A stretch of DNA of 62,567 nt, the filler included. It is 8 parts of 8 records of this genome, joined end to end, with 100 filler letters (N's around TTAATTAATTAA, not from the genome) between each part and the next. Parts side by side here need not be neighbours in the genome. Positions count along the whole stretch, not along the records: positions 1 to 5,196 come from SRR31147125_33774; positions 5,297 to 12,503 come from SRR31147125_33775; 6 more parts are not named here. One strand, 5' to 3'. The number at the start of each line of letters is the position of its first letter. The first letter of the stretch is position 1. Positions 1-10,282 of the stretch are shown piece after piece. The position numbers were made by a program, and so were the translations under genes. A model generated the notes under the pieces. It was not told where the DNA came from and made no database searches. It was given only the letters and a program-made list of their open reading frames with translations.

Positions 1-163
1 ATGTAGGAAATCCTTCATCGATTTCCCACATTCTTTCGGTCAGTTGATATAACTGACCTTTAGATCAAATCTGATACTGCCGTTTCATTTTGCACCATTT
101 TCCCTACTTCTCTGATTCCATCCCTTTGACATGGATAACAGGTCATATTACAATGCCATTAAG

Positions 164-724
164 ATGAATGCTATTTTTGTTTACGCTTCCTGGAAAGGCA
201 CAGTAAAGAAGGTCGGTGAGGAAATCATTGCCAAAATGGGGGTCGAGCTGGATATGCATGATATTGATCATGAACCCGTACCCATGCCTGACTTGACAAA
301 TTATGATGGTGTTCTCATAGGATGTTCAGTGCATCACGGACATATTCAGGATTCTATACGCCAGTTGCTCATGAATAACTGTCAGCCCGATAAAGATATT
401 ATGCGCGGCCTGTTTTGCTGTTCCGCAAATGGTCAGAAAATTACAGAGAAAGTACTGGAAGAAGATATCCCAAAACCAATTCTCGACTCATTTTCAGCCG
501 TTGGCTTAATGAACGGCCGGGACTACGAAAAGAAACAATCCTTCTGGGAACGTCATTTTCTGAAACAGCGCAGTTTCAACGAACAGAATATGGTTACGTT
601 GAATGATTTGAAAATCCGTAAGTTCACGGGACAGTTCTCATACTACTACAAGCAATTCATCATAAAAAAAGAACACGATCTTAAGCATAAAGACCGTGTT
701 CATTATAAACCAAGAAAAATATAA
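164..724 (+). CDS. Flavodoxin-domain protein (HemG/Flavodoxin_5-like)
   Basis: N-terminal VYASWKGTVKK phosphate-binding loop and YDGVLIGCSVHHG segment typical of HemG-like flavodoxins; ATG at 164 chosen over ORF start 131. Confidence 0.7.
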   Translation: MNAIFVYASWKGTVKKVGEEIIAKMGVELDMHDIDHEPVPMPDLTNYDGVLIGCSVHHGHIQDSIRQLLMNNCQPDKDIMRGLFCCSANGQKITEKVLEEDIPKPILDSFSAVGLMNGRDYEKKQSFWERHFLKQRSFNEQNMVTLNDLKIRKFTGQFSYYYKQFIIKKEHDLKHKDRVHYKPRKI

Positions 725-782
725 CTGGGCTATTATGTTACCATCTTAGTACGATAACAGCTGAGTCACCTGAACAAGACGA

Positions 783-1319
783 TTAGGGTACAGGCTGACC
801 AAGGATTGTCGGCAGAACAGCCGGGGATGCTGCTCTTCCTTTCATTTCGGTATCGAATGTATACAGTGCATTGTTATCGCCTTTGATCATCTTGAGCCTG
901 GTAAGAATATTGTCCGCTGTATCTTCTTCCTCAACCTGTTCATCCACAAACCACATCAGAAAGCTTTCGGACGCGAAATCGTTGTGTTTTCTGGAAATAG
1001 CGACCAGATTATTGATCAGGCTGGTTACATGCGCTTCATGCTCCGCTACTTGCTCGTAAACACCATCTACTGATTCCCAGTCAACTTCCGGTCCATCAAT
1101 CGGTTTCAGGGTGACACGGCCTCCGCGTTCATTCACAAAGTTATACATCTTCATAGCATGCATGGTCTCTTCCAGATACTGACAGCGCATCCAGTTGGAA
1201 AAACCATTCAGGTTTTGATCCTCAAACCAGGTACTCATGGAGAGATAGAGATATGCCGAGTAAAGTTCGGCGTTTATCTGTTCATTAAAGGCATCCTGCA
1301 TTTCTTTTACCATTTTCAT
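783..1319 (-). CDS. ftnA: Non-heme ferritin
   Basis: NEQINAELYSAYLYLSM, EETMHA, HEAHVT, WFVDEQVEEE ferroxidase motifs; AAGGAG RBS before ATG at 1319. Confidence 0.95.
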   Translation of the reverse strand: MKMVKEMQDAFNEQINAELYSAYLYLSMSTWFEDQNLNGFSNWMRCQYLEETMHAMKMYNFVNERGGRVTLKPIDGPEVDWESVDGVYEQVAEHEAHVTSLINNLVAISRKHNDFASESFLMWFVDEQVEEEDTADNILTRLKMIKGDNNALYTFDTEMKGRAASPAVLPTILGQPVP

Positions 1320-1445
1320 GTGTTGCTCCTTATGCAATATCACTCAATTCTTTAACTTTTTAATGCATCAATTTTGTCATTTCCTATATGTAATATATGG
1401 GTAAGCCGGGGTTTTTTCAACTTAAAACAGTTTTGGAAGAGAAAG

Positions 1446-2435
1446 TTATACCAACACCTGCCTGATTATCCGATAGAAATTGGCGTATGCTATTTTTTCA
1501 ATGTCATTGGCTGCATACCCTCTTTGTTTCAGTCGCTTCATCAAATCGGGGACCTGACTGGGTTTCATTAAGTCGTTGAGGTTTTTTCTTGCCCGAATCT
1601 CATCCTGGGTGTTCCGGTCCGGTTCTAAATCAATCAGAAAATCCATGAAATCAAACCCGAATCCGACGTGGTCAATTCCCATCAGATTAACCATATAGTC
1701 AATCTGATTCACGGCGCCATCCAGATTTTGCGTCTCCGTATCCTGACTGATGTGTCCTTTTATGCAGTTCAGTCCAACGACTCCGCCATTTTGGCTGATT
1801 GTTTTCAGCACATCATCGCTGAGATTTTTTTTACTGCCGCTTACGGCTAGGGCATTATTGTGTGAGGCGATTATGGGATGTGAAACCATTTCCAGGATAT
1901 CGAATATTGTCTCAAAATTGGAGTGCGAGACATCGATAATAATACCGAGCTTCTCCATAATCTCGATTGCTCTGCGCCCAGCCGGAGTGAGGTGTTTTCC
2001 GGTACCATGTTTTATTCCGCCGCCGAATGTATTATCCTGATTCCAAGACAGCATGGCACTTCTGACACCGAATCTGTAGAGAGGATAGAGGAATTCCGGA
2101 TCATCATCGAAATATCCCAATCCTTCCAGACCGATTATCGCACCGATTTTTCCTTCCTTTTCAGCTGACAGAAGGTCATCGTACGTTTCAACAACCTGTA
2201 GAATATCCTTGTTATTCTCAAGCTCTACAGCGGCCAGTTTTATCTGCTGAAGAGCCTGCTGCCGGGTTGCTGCCAGGTCCATCTGCTGTTCCACATATAC
2301 AGCAAATAGAGCCGCAGTAATTCCGCCCTGGATAAACTCCTGCAGATGGTATTTTCTGAAAATATCCCGTTCTCCGGCACAACCTTTATGGTAGATATGG
2401 TTAAAGATATCGATATGGGCATCAAAAACAGGCAT
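1446..2435 (-). CDS. Membrane (renal-type) dipeptidase, peptidase M19
   Basis: DAHID, GLEG, IIDVSH, IIASHNN, HVGFGFDF motifs; GGAGG RBS. Confidence 0.92.
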   Translation of the reverse strand: MPVFDAHIDIFNHIYHKGCAGERDIFRKYHLQEFIQGGITAALFAVYVEQQMDLAATRQQALQQIKLAAVELENNKDILQVVETYDDLLSAEKEGKIGAIIGLEGLGYFDDDPEFLYPLYRFGVRSAMLSWNQDNTFGGGIKHGTGKHLTPAGRRAIEIMEKLGIIIDVSHSNFETIFDILEMVSHPIIASHNNALAVSGSKKNLSDDVLKTISQNGGVVGLNCIKGHISQDTETQNLDGAVNQIDYMVNLMGIDHVGFGFDFMDFLIDLEPDRNTQDEIRARKNLNDLMKPSQVPDLMKRLKQRGYAANDIEKIAYANFYRIIRQVLV

Positions 2436-2672
2436 TTCCATTCCTCCCGACCCTTTGAACAATTTGTATCCCACCTCACACCATTGTAGTTGGCTGGCCA
2501 GTTTCCGGCAACACCTGCATTCCGATCTGCAATCCGGTCCTGAAACGTATCTGAAAGAAAATACCTATTCGACAGCGCCAGGCACAGGCCTCTATATTTA
2601 CAGTACAGGCCGAACGGAGTATAGTAGTAAAGCCCCATTTCCGGGAAAATGCATAATTAATTTGAGGAACCG

Positions 2673-5196
2673 ATGACTGACTTTGTCCACCTGCACAACC
2701 ATACCGACTACTCCCTGCTTGACGGTGCCGCCCCTATTTCAAAACTGGTGGGTAAAGCGGCTGAAATGGGTATGAAACATATGGCAATTACAGATCACGG
2801 TAATATGTTTGGTGCCATTGAATTCTATAATGCCTGTAAAAAAGCAGGTATAACGGCCATTATCGGGAGTGAATTTTATGTAGCCTCCGAATCACGTCAT
2901 ATTAAATCCGGCAGTGAGGCCGGCAACAGATACCAGCATCTTATATTGCTGGCTGAGAACTTTACCGGCTATAAAAACCTGATGAAGCTCTCCTCCTTTG
3001 GGTTTACCGAAGGATTTTACTATAAACCGCGCATCGATTCTGAACTGCTCGAGAAATATCATGATGGGCTGATTTGCCTGTCAGCCTGCCTCGGCGGGGA
3101 AATCCCTTCCCTGCTGTTTGCGGACCAGTATGAGAAGGCAAAAGAGCGTGCGCTCTACTATTTAAATCTTTTCGGAGAGGACCACTACTACCTGGAGCTT
3201 CAGGACCATGGGCTGGAAGAGCAGAAGAAAGTAAATCCGCTTATGCTGCAGCTCTCTAAAGATACCGGCATACCGCTCGTTGCATCAAATGATATTCATT
3301 TCATCGATCAGGAAGATGCCAATGCCCAGGACATTCTGATCTGTATCGGTACAAACCGCAAAAAAAATGAAGAGGGCCGAATGCGGTTTAAGTCGGACCA
3401 GTTCTACCTGAAATCCGGGGATGAAATGGCCGAACTCTTTCCCTACGCGCCGGAAGCTATTTCCAATACCGTTAAGATAGCGGAAATGTGCGACGTGAAA
3501 CTGGATCACAGAAAATGGGAGCTGCCCGAATTCGATTTACCCGAAGGGTTCCATCATGTTGATGAATACTTGACCCATTTAACTTATGAGGGGCTGAAAA
3601 CACGTTATGGGACGATAACCGATGCGATGAGAGAACGTGTCGAGTATGAACTTGGCGTTATTACCAGCATGGAGTTCTCCAACTACTTTCTGGTAGTATG
3701 GGACTTTATTCACTGGGCAAAAGAACATGATATACCCGTTGGCCCGGGAAGAGGTTCCGGAGCCGGTTCTATCGTTGCCTATAGTCTGACCATTACCGAT
3801 ATCGATCCACTGCAGTTCGATTTGCTGTTTGAACGGTTTCTCAATCCGGAACGAATAAGCATGCCCGACTTCGATATCGATTTCTGCTTCGTACGTCGAC
3901 AGGAAGTTATCGATTATGTTACAGAGAAATATGGTACAGAGCGTGTAGGACAGATTATTACGTTTGGGACATTAAAGACAAAAGCGGTTGTGAAAGATGT
4001 TGCCCGGGTGCTTGATATACCATTCGCGGAGTCGAATGAGATTTCCAAGCTGATTCCGAACGATCCCAAAATGACTCTGGCTAAAGCCTTCGCGATGGAG
4101 CCTAAACTGGCCGAAATGGAAGCCCGCGGTGAGTTGTATCAGGAGCTGTTTGAAGTCAGCAGGAAGCTGGAGGGGCTGCACCGCCACTCTTCAACTCATG
4201 CCGCCGGTGTTGTTATCGGGCGTCAAATACTAACCGACTATGTACCGCTCTATCGTGATGCCAAAACCGAAGCAATAACTACCCAGTATTCCATGGAGCA
4301 TCTTGAGAATTACGGGTTGGTAAAAATGGATTTTCTGGGTCTGAAGACCCTTACCCAAATTGAGAACGCGGCTAAACTTATCCGCAAACGTATTCCTGAA
4401 TTTTCCGTGGATGATATCGAGGACGGGGATCCGGCTACGTATGCCATGCTGAGTGCCGGTAAAAGTTCCAGTATATTCCAATTTGAGAGTTCCGGCATGC
4501 AGGGTATGCTGAAACGGGCCAAACCGAACTCCATAGAAGATTTGATTGCATTGAACGCGCTGTATCGTCCTGGACCGATGGAAAATATCGATTCATTTAT
4601 AGATGGTAAGAACGGCGTAATTGAGATTGACTATTACCATCCGGATCTTGAGGAGACGCTCAAACCGACCTACGGTGTTATCGTCTACCAGGAACAGGTA
4701 ATGAAAGTTGGCCAGATTATCGGCGGTTTCTCACTGGGAAAAGCCGATATCATGCGCCGGGCCATGGGTAAGAAAAAAGTCAGTGAAATGGAGAAGCTGC
4801 GCATCGAATTCATTGAAGGTGCCGAAAAACACGGCTACTCTCAAGAATTCGCCGCCAGTATGTTCAAAGATCTCGAACCTTTCGCCGGTTACGGATTCAA
4901 CAAATCGCATGCCGCCGCCTATTCCGTTGTTGCGTATCATACTGCCTACCTGAAAGCAAATTTTCCGGTAGAGTTCATGGCGGCAACCCTGACTAATGAG
5001 ATAAACAATACAGATAAACTTGCCCAGTATATCAAAGAGGCTCAAACCATCGGTCTTGAAGTACTGCCGCCCAATATTAACCTTTCCAGCGATGTGTTCG
5101 GTGTGGCTGATGGCAACCTGGTTTACGGATTGAACGCTATCAAGAATGTCGGTTCCGGCGCCGTTCAAAATATTATCACCGAGCGTGAGGCCAATG
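2673..5196 (+). CDS. dnaE: DNA polymerase III alpha subunit (3' truncated by contig end)
   Basis: FVHLHNHTDYSLLDG PHP domain, GPGRGSGAGS, PDFDIDF, STHAAGVVI, GLVKMDFLGL, YGFNKSHAAAY. Confidence 0.98.
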
Positions 5197-5296
5197 NNNN
5201 NNNNNNNNNNNNNNNNNNNNNNNNNNNNNNNNNNNNNNNNTTAATTAATTAANNNNNNNNNNNNNNNNNNNNNNNNNNNNNNNNNNNNNNNNNNNN
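5197..5296. other. Artificial contig linker (N44-TTAATTAATTAA-N44)
   Basis: N runs around a six-frame stop cassette; the same linker recurs seven times. Confidence 0.99.
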
Positions 5297-5512
5297 CCCA
5301 GCAAAGAGAGCGCCCGTTTTCCGGCTCAAAAGGTGATCCGCGCTGTCGTGGCTGATAAATGACTTCGGATGGCGCGCTGTCTGATAGATCCGCTGAACAT
5401 TGTCAATGTCGACGGTTGAATATAAGCTGCTGGGTCGACATTGTCCGGTGCGTCCAGACGTTCAGAGACAGGTCCCCCTGCGCTTCTTAAATGTAAAAGT
5501 GCGACTCTTCAT
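5297..5512 (-). pseudogene. Remnant of alpha/beta-hydrolase (type often fused to OsmC), internally deleted and frameshifted
   Basis: GGAGG RBS then MKSRTFTFK...RLDAPDNVDPAAY (family N-terminus) joined directly to TVDIDNVQRIYQTARHPKSFISHDSADHLLSRK (C-terminal catalytic-His segment); central nucleophile region absent. Confidence 0.65.
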
Positions 5513-5636
5513 CGGTATCCTCCACCCTTTCTTTCAAATCTGCAGAATTAAATTGACTGGGAATGCAATCATTTCGTGACTTTGCTGTTAAAATAATTTA
5601 TAGACTGCCGAAGAGCAATCAAAGGAGCAGGAAATT

Positions 5637-6730
5637 ATGGCACGCAAAATCTTTATCGCTGCGACAGGGATGAATAGCGGAAAAACGACAACCAGTATCT
5701 CCCTGATGCATATGGCCCGCAAAAATATGATCGGGTTGGATTTATCAAGCCAATCGGGCCTAAACCGGTTGAATTTGAAGGCCATGTCGCTGATAAAGAT
5801 GCTCTGGTTATGGCGCGTTGTTTTGGTTCGATGGATGATCTCCCCCTGATGTCTCCGTTTGTTTTGAAGCAGGGTGACACGCGACGCATCATGGATGGCG
5901 AGATCAGCAAAGAAGACGTTGCCAGCAAAATGCTCGATGCGATTGATGAGCTCGATCGCAAAAATGATTTTCTGATTATTGAGGGGGCAGGACATACCGG
6001 TGTCGGGACTGTTCTCGGTTGCAACAACGCGCGGATCGCCAGGGAAACTGGTGCTTCCGTGATGATGGTGACCGGGGGCGGCCTGGGCAATGTCGTTGAT
6101 GCTTCGAAGATGAATCTGGCTCTGTTTCAGAAAGAGCAGGCGAAGGTCAAAGCGATACTGGTAAATAAAATTATTCCGGAAAAGCGTGATCAGACGCTGA
6201 AGTATCTTGAGATGGCTTTTGCTGATGAAGATATTCATGTTCTCGGTGGGTTTAACTATCAACCGATCCTTGCAAACCCGACTCTGAGGCGTATCGCGAA
6301 TGTCCTGAAGATCAAGCTGCATGCGACAGAAGAGCAGGGACAGCGGATTGTTCATAATGTTCAGATGGGAGCGGCATCTGCGCAGCGGGTTGTCGAACTG
6401 TTGCAGGACTCCTCGCTTGTCATTGTTAATCGCAGCCGGGATGAGCTTCTGGTCACCATTTCACATCTGTACCAGTTACCGGAATACCATGATAAAATTG
6501 CCGGTCTGATCATTCCAGGGGTCGGAGAGGTGAGCTATATTACGCAGAAAATTATCGACAGTAGCGGGATTCCGTATATCCGTGCCGGTCGAACCTCGTC
6601 CTCTGTTTTTGAGACCATACGGGACGATGTCTCGAAGCTGACTGCTGAGGATACTCACAAGATTGACCTGATTACTGATCTTGCTGAAAAACGTTTGAAT
6701 TTTGATGAAATTGACGCATTGCTTGATTAA
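5637..6730 (+). CDS. BioD-like P-loop (AAA_26) + DRTGG protein, resembling the N-terminal part of phosphotransacetylase; one frameshift near 5722
   Basis: IFIAATGMNSGKTT Walker A, continuing in another frame as YDRVGFIKPIG, then LIIEGAGHTGVG and a DRTGG-like C-terminal half; shift at an A5 run. Confidence 0.85.
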
Positions 6731-6750
6731 ATAAATAGAGGAGATCAGAA

Positions 6751-6945
6751 ATGTTGATTCGTGTCCGATATAAAGATGGTCGTATCGATCTTGTTCCTTC
6801 TCAAAAGCTGGACGAGTTGATTGTCATGAGCGAGATCGAGCAGTTTGAACGCTCAACGGGGTGGGTGAAACTCGGCGAAGACCCAGTCAGAAGCACAATA
6901 CGGGGGATTTATTCTGGACCTGAACGGCGAAAGCTGAACCTGTAA
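6751..6945 (+). CDS. GSU3473-family small protein
   Basis: MLIRVRYKDG...LDELI...FERSTGWV...DPVR...YSGPERR; GAGGAG RBS. Confidence 0.85.
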   Translation: MLIRVRYKDGRIDLVPSQKLDELIVMSEIEQFERSTGWVKLGEDPVRSTIRGIYSGPERRKLNL

Positions 6946-7071
6946 TTGTGTGATTATTTTAAGCTTTTATGTGGGCCTGAGTTAATTAACCTGTTGATTT
7001 TCCAGTCTTTATCCCTTTCTTTTGTGCCTCAGTAGTGTTAGCATGAGAAAAGTCGAGTAAAGGAGGCTGCT

Positions 7072-7263
7072 ATGAAAGAAGTTGCAGTCGTCTATCAGGA
7101 CGGCATGATGGACATGGTTGAATCAGCAATTTTACAAAAACTGATCGATGCTGACGGGATCGTCAAGTTTCAGCGTTCGGACGGGTGGGTCTATCCTGGG
7201 ATTGACCCTGTCAGGAGACTACCGAATCCCGGCTATGCTGGCCCGGAAAGGCGTCTGTTCTAA
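7072..7263 (+). CDS. GSU3473-family small protein (second paralog)
   Basis: VVYQDG...LQKLI...FQRSDGWV...DPVR...YAGPERR; AGGAGG RBS. Confidence 0.85.
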   Translation: MKEVAVVYQDGMMDMVESAILQKLIDADGIVKFQRSDGWVYPGIDPVRRLPNPGYAGPERRLF

Positions 7264-7275
7264 ATAGTTTGAAGT

Positions 7276-7308
7276 AAAAAGCCCGGTTGTTCAACCGGGC
7301 TTTTTTTT
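7276..7308. terminator. Bidirectional rho-independent terminator
   Basis: A5-GCCCGGTT-GTTC-AACCGGGC-T8 between convergent genes. Confidence 0.9.
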
Positions 7309-8155
7309 AGAATTTCAGATTCGTCAGTTTCTGTTTGTACTCTTTGAGTTGAGTCATGACCTGGGACCGATTTTTCCGACCGATACGCAGGAGCACTTTC
7401 TGACCTGCTGATCGTTTTTCCAGAAGAGGATCGGCGTAAGTGTAGAGGACACCCGGCTGAGACAGCAGGATCGGTTCAGGGATGTCCGGTGTCTCTAGAA
7501 GGTGGTTGAGGACATAAACCAAACGATCATTGAAGTAGGCGTTTTTATATCCCAACTGCTCATACGCAGTCTGAAACAGGGGATAGAAATGGACATAAAT
7601 TTTAACGACAACATCGCTGTCCAGTGAGTTCAGTAGTGTGACATAGGGCCGGTAACGCTTGTTGTTTCGACTGCTGCTTTGCGGGGCTTCCTGAGTTCCG
7701 GAGACAATAAATTTCCCCCCGGTGGTTTGATTGGCAAGTGCGCCCTGGGGATTTTCTTCTGGAAGGGTGTCGACGGTTGCGACCATCCGTTGAATGAAGT
7801 TTTCAATGAACAGCAGATTTCCGAGCGAGTTTTCACTTAATAAACTCGCCAGAGCTTCCTGAATACTCTGATCGCTCTCTTCAACTTCAGGGAGCGTTTC
7901 GGGTAGTACGGGAGTTACTTCTGCACTTGGTGCCTCTTCAGAGGGTTCATGCCCCGCTGCGTCTTGTTCTGTGGAGGCGACCGGGACCGGGTAATGAACA
8001 ATCGGCTTTTTGATCGGCTCTTCCGGCGGTGGCGGCTGAGTCGATGCCTGGGGTGTTTCTTGCACCGTTTCAGAGGATTGCTTTAAGTAAATAGCTGTTA
8101 TCAGAGCGACAACAAGGATCAGTAGTGTGAATATGGCCAGGTTTGTTTTTCTCAT
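7307..8155 (-). CDS. DUF3014 domain membrane-anchored protein
   Basis: N-terminal TM, Pro-rich linker, RYRPYV...YPLFQTAYEQLGY...FNDRL...YTYADPLLE...AGQKVLLRIG. Confidence 0.85.
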   Translation of the reverse strand: MRKTNLAIFTLLILVVALITAIYLKQSSETVQETPQASTQPPPPEEPIKKPIVHYPVPVASTEQDAAGHEPSEEAPSAEVTPVLPETLPEVEESDQSIQEALASLLSENSLGNLLFIENFIQRMVATVDTLPEENPQGALANQTTGGKFIVSGTQEAPQSSSRNNKRYRPYVTLLNSLDSDVVVKIYVHFYPLFQTAYEQLGYKNAYFNDRLVYVLNHLLETPDIPEPILLSQPGVLYTYADPLLEKRSAGQKVLLRIGRKNRSQVMTQLKEYKQKLTNLKF

Positions 8156-8236
8156 CGATTATGCTCCCAACAGATTTTTCATCTATTATGATCCTATCTC
8201 TTCTTCTTTTCCAGCGTATATTCATCAGGTAGCAAA

Positions 8237-9136
8237 GTGATAGAGCAATTGACAACAGAAATAGAGAAAAAACTTCCATCGACAGAGGAATCACAGCGTC
8301 TGTTTCATGGGCGTGGACAGTGTTTCCCGAGTTATGAAGATCTGACAATTGACTGGTGGAACCCGGTTATTATGATCACTCTGTACCGGGAACGGGCCGA
8401 ACCCTGGCTGCAGACTCTGGTGTCATATCTGCGTCAGAAAATCCCTGAGTCCGCAGCTGTTGTTGTTCAGGAACGCTATGACAAAGGGTGCCCCAGTCGA
8501 TTGCTTTACGGATCAATTCCGGAGGATGTTTGCGCACTGGAAAATGGCTTGAAATATCATCTCGATTTTTCCGGCGCGCAGAATATCGGTTTTTTCCCGG
8601 ATATGAAATGTGCGCGGTCCTACGTAAAGAGGGCCTCGCGTGGCAAGAACGTTCTCAATCTCTTCGCCTACACCTGCAGTTTTTCAGTTGCGGCGATTGC
8701 CGGCGGAGCCGGGCAGGTTGTCAATCTTGATATGAATCGCAATTCCTTGAAGGTGGGGCGATTGAATCATCAGCTGAATCAGTTAGATCTGCGACGTGCC
8801 AGTTTTTTACCGCTGGAGTTGTTCCGCAGTTTCAGCCGGTTGAGAAAACTGGCTCCATTTGAGCTGATCATCTGCGATCCACCCGCTGAGCAGGGGCGCA
8901 GTTTCAGTGCCGAGAGAGACTGGCCAAAGCTTGTCAGAAAGGTTCCTGAACTGCTCGGTCCTGACGGGCTGATGCTGTGCTGTCTCAGCAATCCTCACAT
9001 CTCAAATGCAGACCTGCTCGATCTGTTTGCCCGGGAGCAGCCTGGTGCGCGGTTGACTCAAACAGTCAAGGCTGATGCCGATTTTCCGGAGCGTTTACCT
9101 GATATCGGGAGTCGAGCACTGCTCTTTCAGTTTTAA
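8237..9136 (+). CDS. Class I SAM-dependent methyltransferase (RlmI/RlmK-like)
   Basis: RLFHGRG, QNIGFFPDM, VLNLFAYTCSFSV, LIICDPP. Confidence 0.88.
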   Translation: MIEQLTTEIEKKLPSTEESQRLFHGRGQCFPSYEDLTIDWWNPVIMITLYRERAEPWLQTLVSYLRQKIPESAAVVVQERYDKGCPSRLLYGSIPEDVCALENGLKYHLDFSGAQNIGFFPDMKCARSYVKRASRGKNVLNLFAYTCSFSVAAIAGGAGQVVNLDMNRNSLKVGRLNHQLNQLDLRRASFLPLELFRSFSRLRKLAPFELIICDPPAEQGRSFSAERDWPKLVRKVPELLGPDGLMLCCLSNPHISNADLLDLFAREQPGARLTQTVKADADFPERLPDIGSRALLFQF

Positions 9137-9435
9137 AAATTACCGAACAGTTCCCGAGCACGTTCTTCCTCTATCCTCTCCAGTGCCGGGGGGCTGTTGT
9201 TCAGCATTCCCGGAGAAACCAGATAGTAGTGCCACAGCCCTTTATCCAGCGGGTTGCGAAAGAGTTTTTCAGCGCTCTCATTGATATGTGCAAGCATTTC
9301 AAGTCTGTTCTCAACGAGCCATTCTATTCTAATCCAGCCGGAATCTTTAACGACTTTGCTGCCGAGATCGAGCCAGAACCCCTGAATTGCTGTTGTATCA
9401 TCTGCGAGTTCAAAATCTTCAGTTTCCAGAGACAT
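9133..9435 (-). CDS. Imm27-family immunity-like protein
   Basis: G.W...VV.D....RIEWLV...L...LFRNP.D..LW.......PP.L pattern recalled for Imm27; GAAAGGAAG RBS. Confidence 0.7.
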   Translation of the reverse strand: MSLETEDFELADDTTAIQGFWLDLGSKVVKDSGWIRIEWLVENRLEMLAHINESAEKLFRNPLDKGLWHYYLVSPGMLNNSPPALERIEEERARELFGNF

Positions 9436-9574
9436 ATCGATATCTTCCTTTCATCGTGTGTTCTGTGTGGATTCTAGCGGATCTCCTCGCCAGAGTAAAT
9501 CATTTGGCGGTTGATTCTTGTGTTGCTCAAGTTATACTGAAAGTCCTTACAAAAACTCGGATGAGGAGGGTTTG

Positions 9575-9772
9575 ATGCCGGTTATAACAGTGCGTGCGAT
9601 CGAAGGAATCAGTGCAGAGAAAAAAGAGGAGTTAATTGAGCGGTTGACCACTGCCATGAAGGATGTTCTTGGTAAAAACCCGGAGACGACCCATGTTATT
9701 ATTGAGGAGATTCCGGCGGAAAACTGGGGGCTTCGTGGTAAGACAGTTGCCGCGATTCGCTCTGGCGAATAG
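9575..9772 (+). CDS. 4-oxalocrotonate tautomerase family protein
   Basis: GAGGAGG RBS then MPVITV (catalytic Pro1), EKKEELI, VIIEEIPAENWGLRG. Confidence 0.93.
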   Translation: MPVITVRAIEGISAEKKEELIERLTTAMKDVLGKNPETTHVIIEEIPAENWGLRGKTVAAIRSGE

Positions 9773-9795
9773 ATGTAGACTGAGCAATAAAGAAG

Positions 9796-9829
9796 AAACG
9801 GTCGTTCCAGTTAGAACGACCGTTTTTTT
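9796..9829 (+). terminator. Rho-independent terminator
   Basis: AAACGGTCGTTC-CAGTTA-GAACGACCGTTT followed by T run. Confidence 0.85.
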
Positions 9830-9848
9830 ATGAGTTCGATTGTTGTTG

Positions 9849-10166
9849 CTATTTACAATTGATGGAGTCACCAAAAATTGCAGAAACAATTCTTGCGGCT
9901 TCGGGGGATGTGACCTGGTAAAATACTTCGACACCCTCTCGGCGGCCGGTAATGATACTCTTGTTTTTCAGCAGGGCCAGATGTTGTGATACTGTCGCCT
10001 GCGGTAAAGAAAGGCACTCCCAGATTTTTTTGACATTGCACGATTGAGACATCAGTCCAGCGACTATCTTCAAACGGATCGGATGTCCCAGGACTTTGAG
10101 AATCTCTGACTCCCTGTCATAATCCAGGCTGGTGTCGAATGGTATTTCTTGATTGATCTCTGTCAT
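9849..10166 (-). CDS. ArsR/SmtB family transcriptional regulator
   Basis: LKVLGHPIRLKIV...LPQATVSQHLALLK...REGVEVFY. Confidence 0.93.
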   Translation of the reverse strand: MTEINQEIPFDTSLDYDRESEILKVLGHPIRLKIVAGLMSQSCNVKKIWECLSLPQATVSQHLALLKNKSIITGRREGVEVFYQVTSPEAARIVSAIFGDSINCK

Positions 10167-10282
10167 GATTGTCTCCAAGGATATTTTGAATATATGGATA
10201 TTAATGATAAGTACAATTTCCGTCAAGAACAAGATTCCATATTGTTGAGAATTGTCTGATGTTTATGAGTGAAAAGGGACCT

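Noticed and set aside
2673-5196. Possible intein or split dnaE
   Set aside because: Motifs are contiguous through YGFNKSH with no insertion; the truncation is the contig end.
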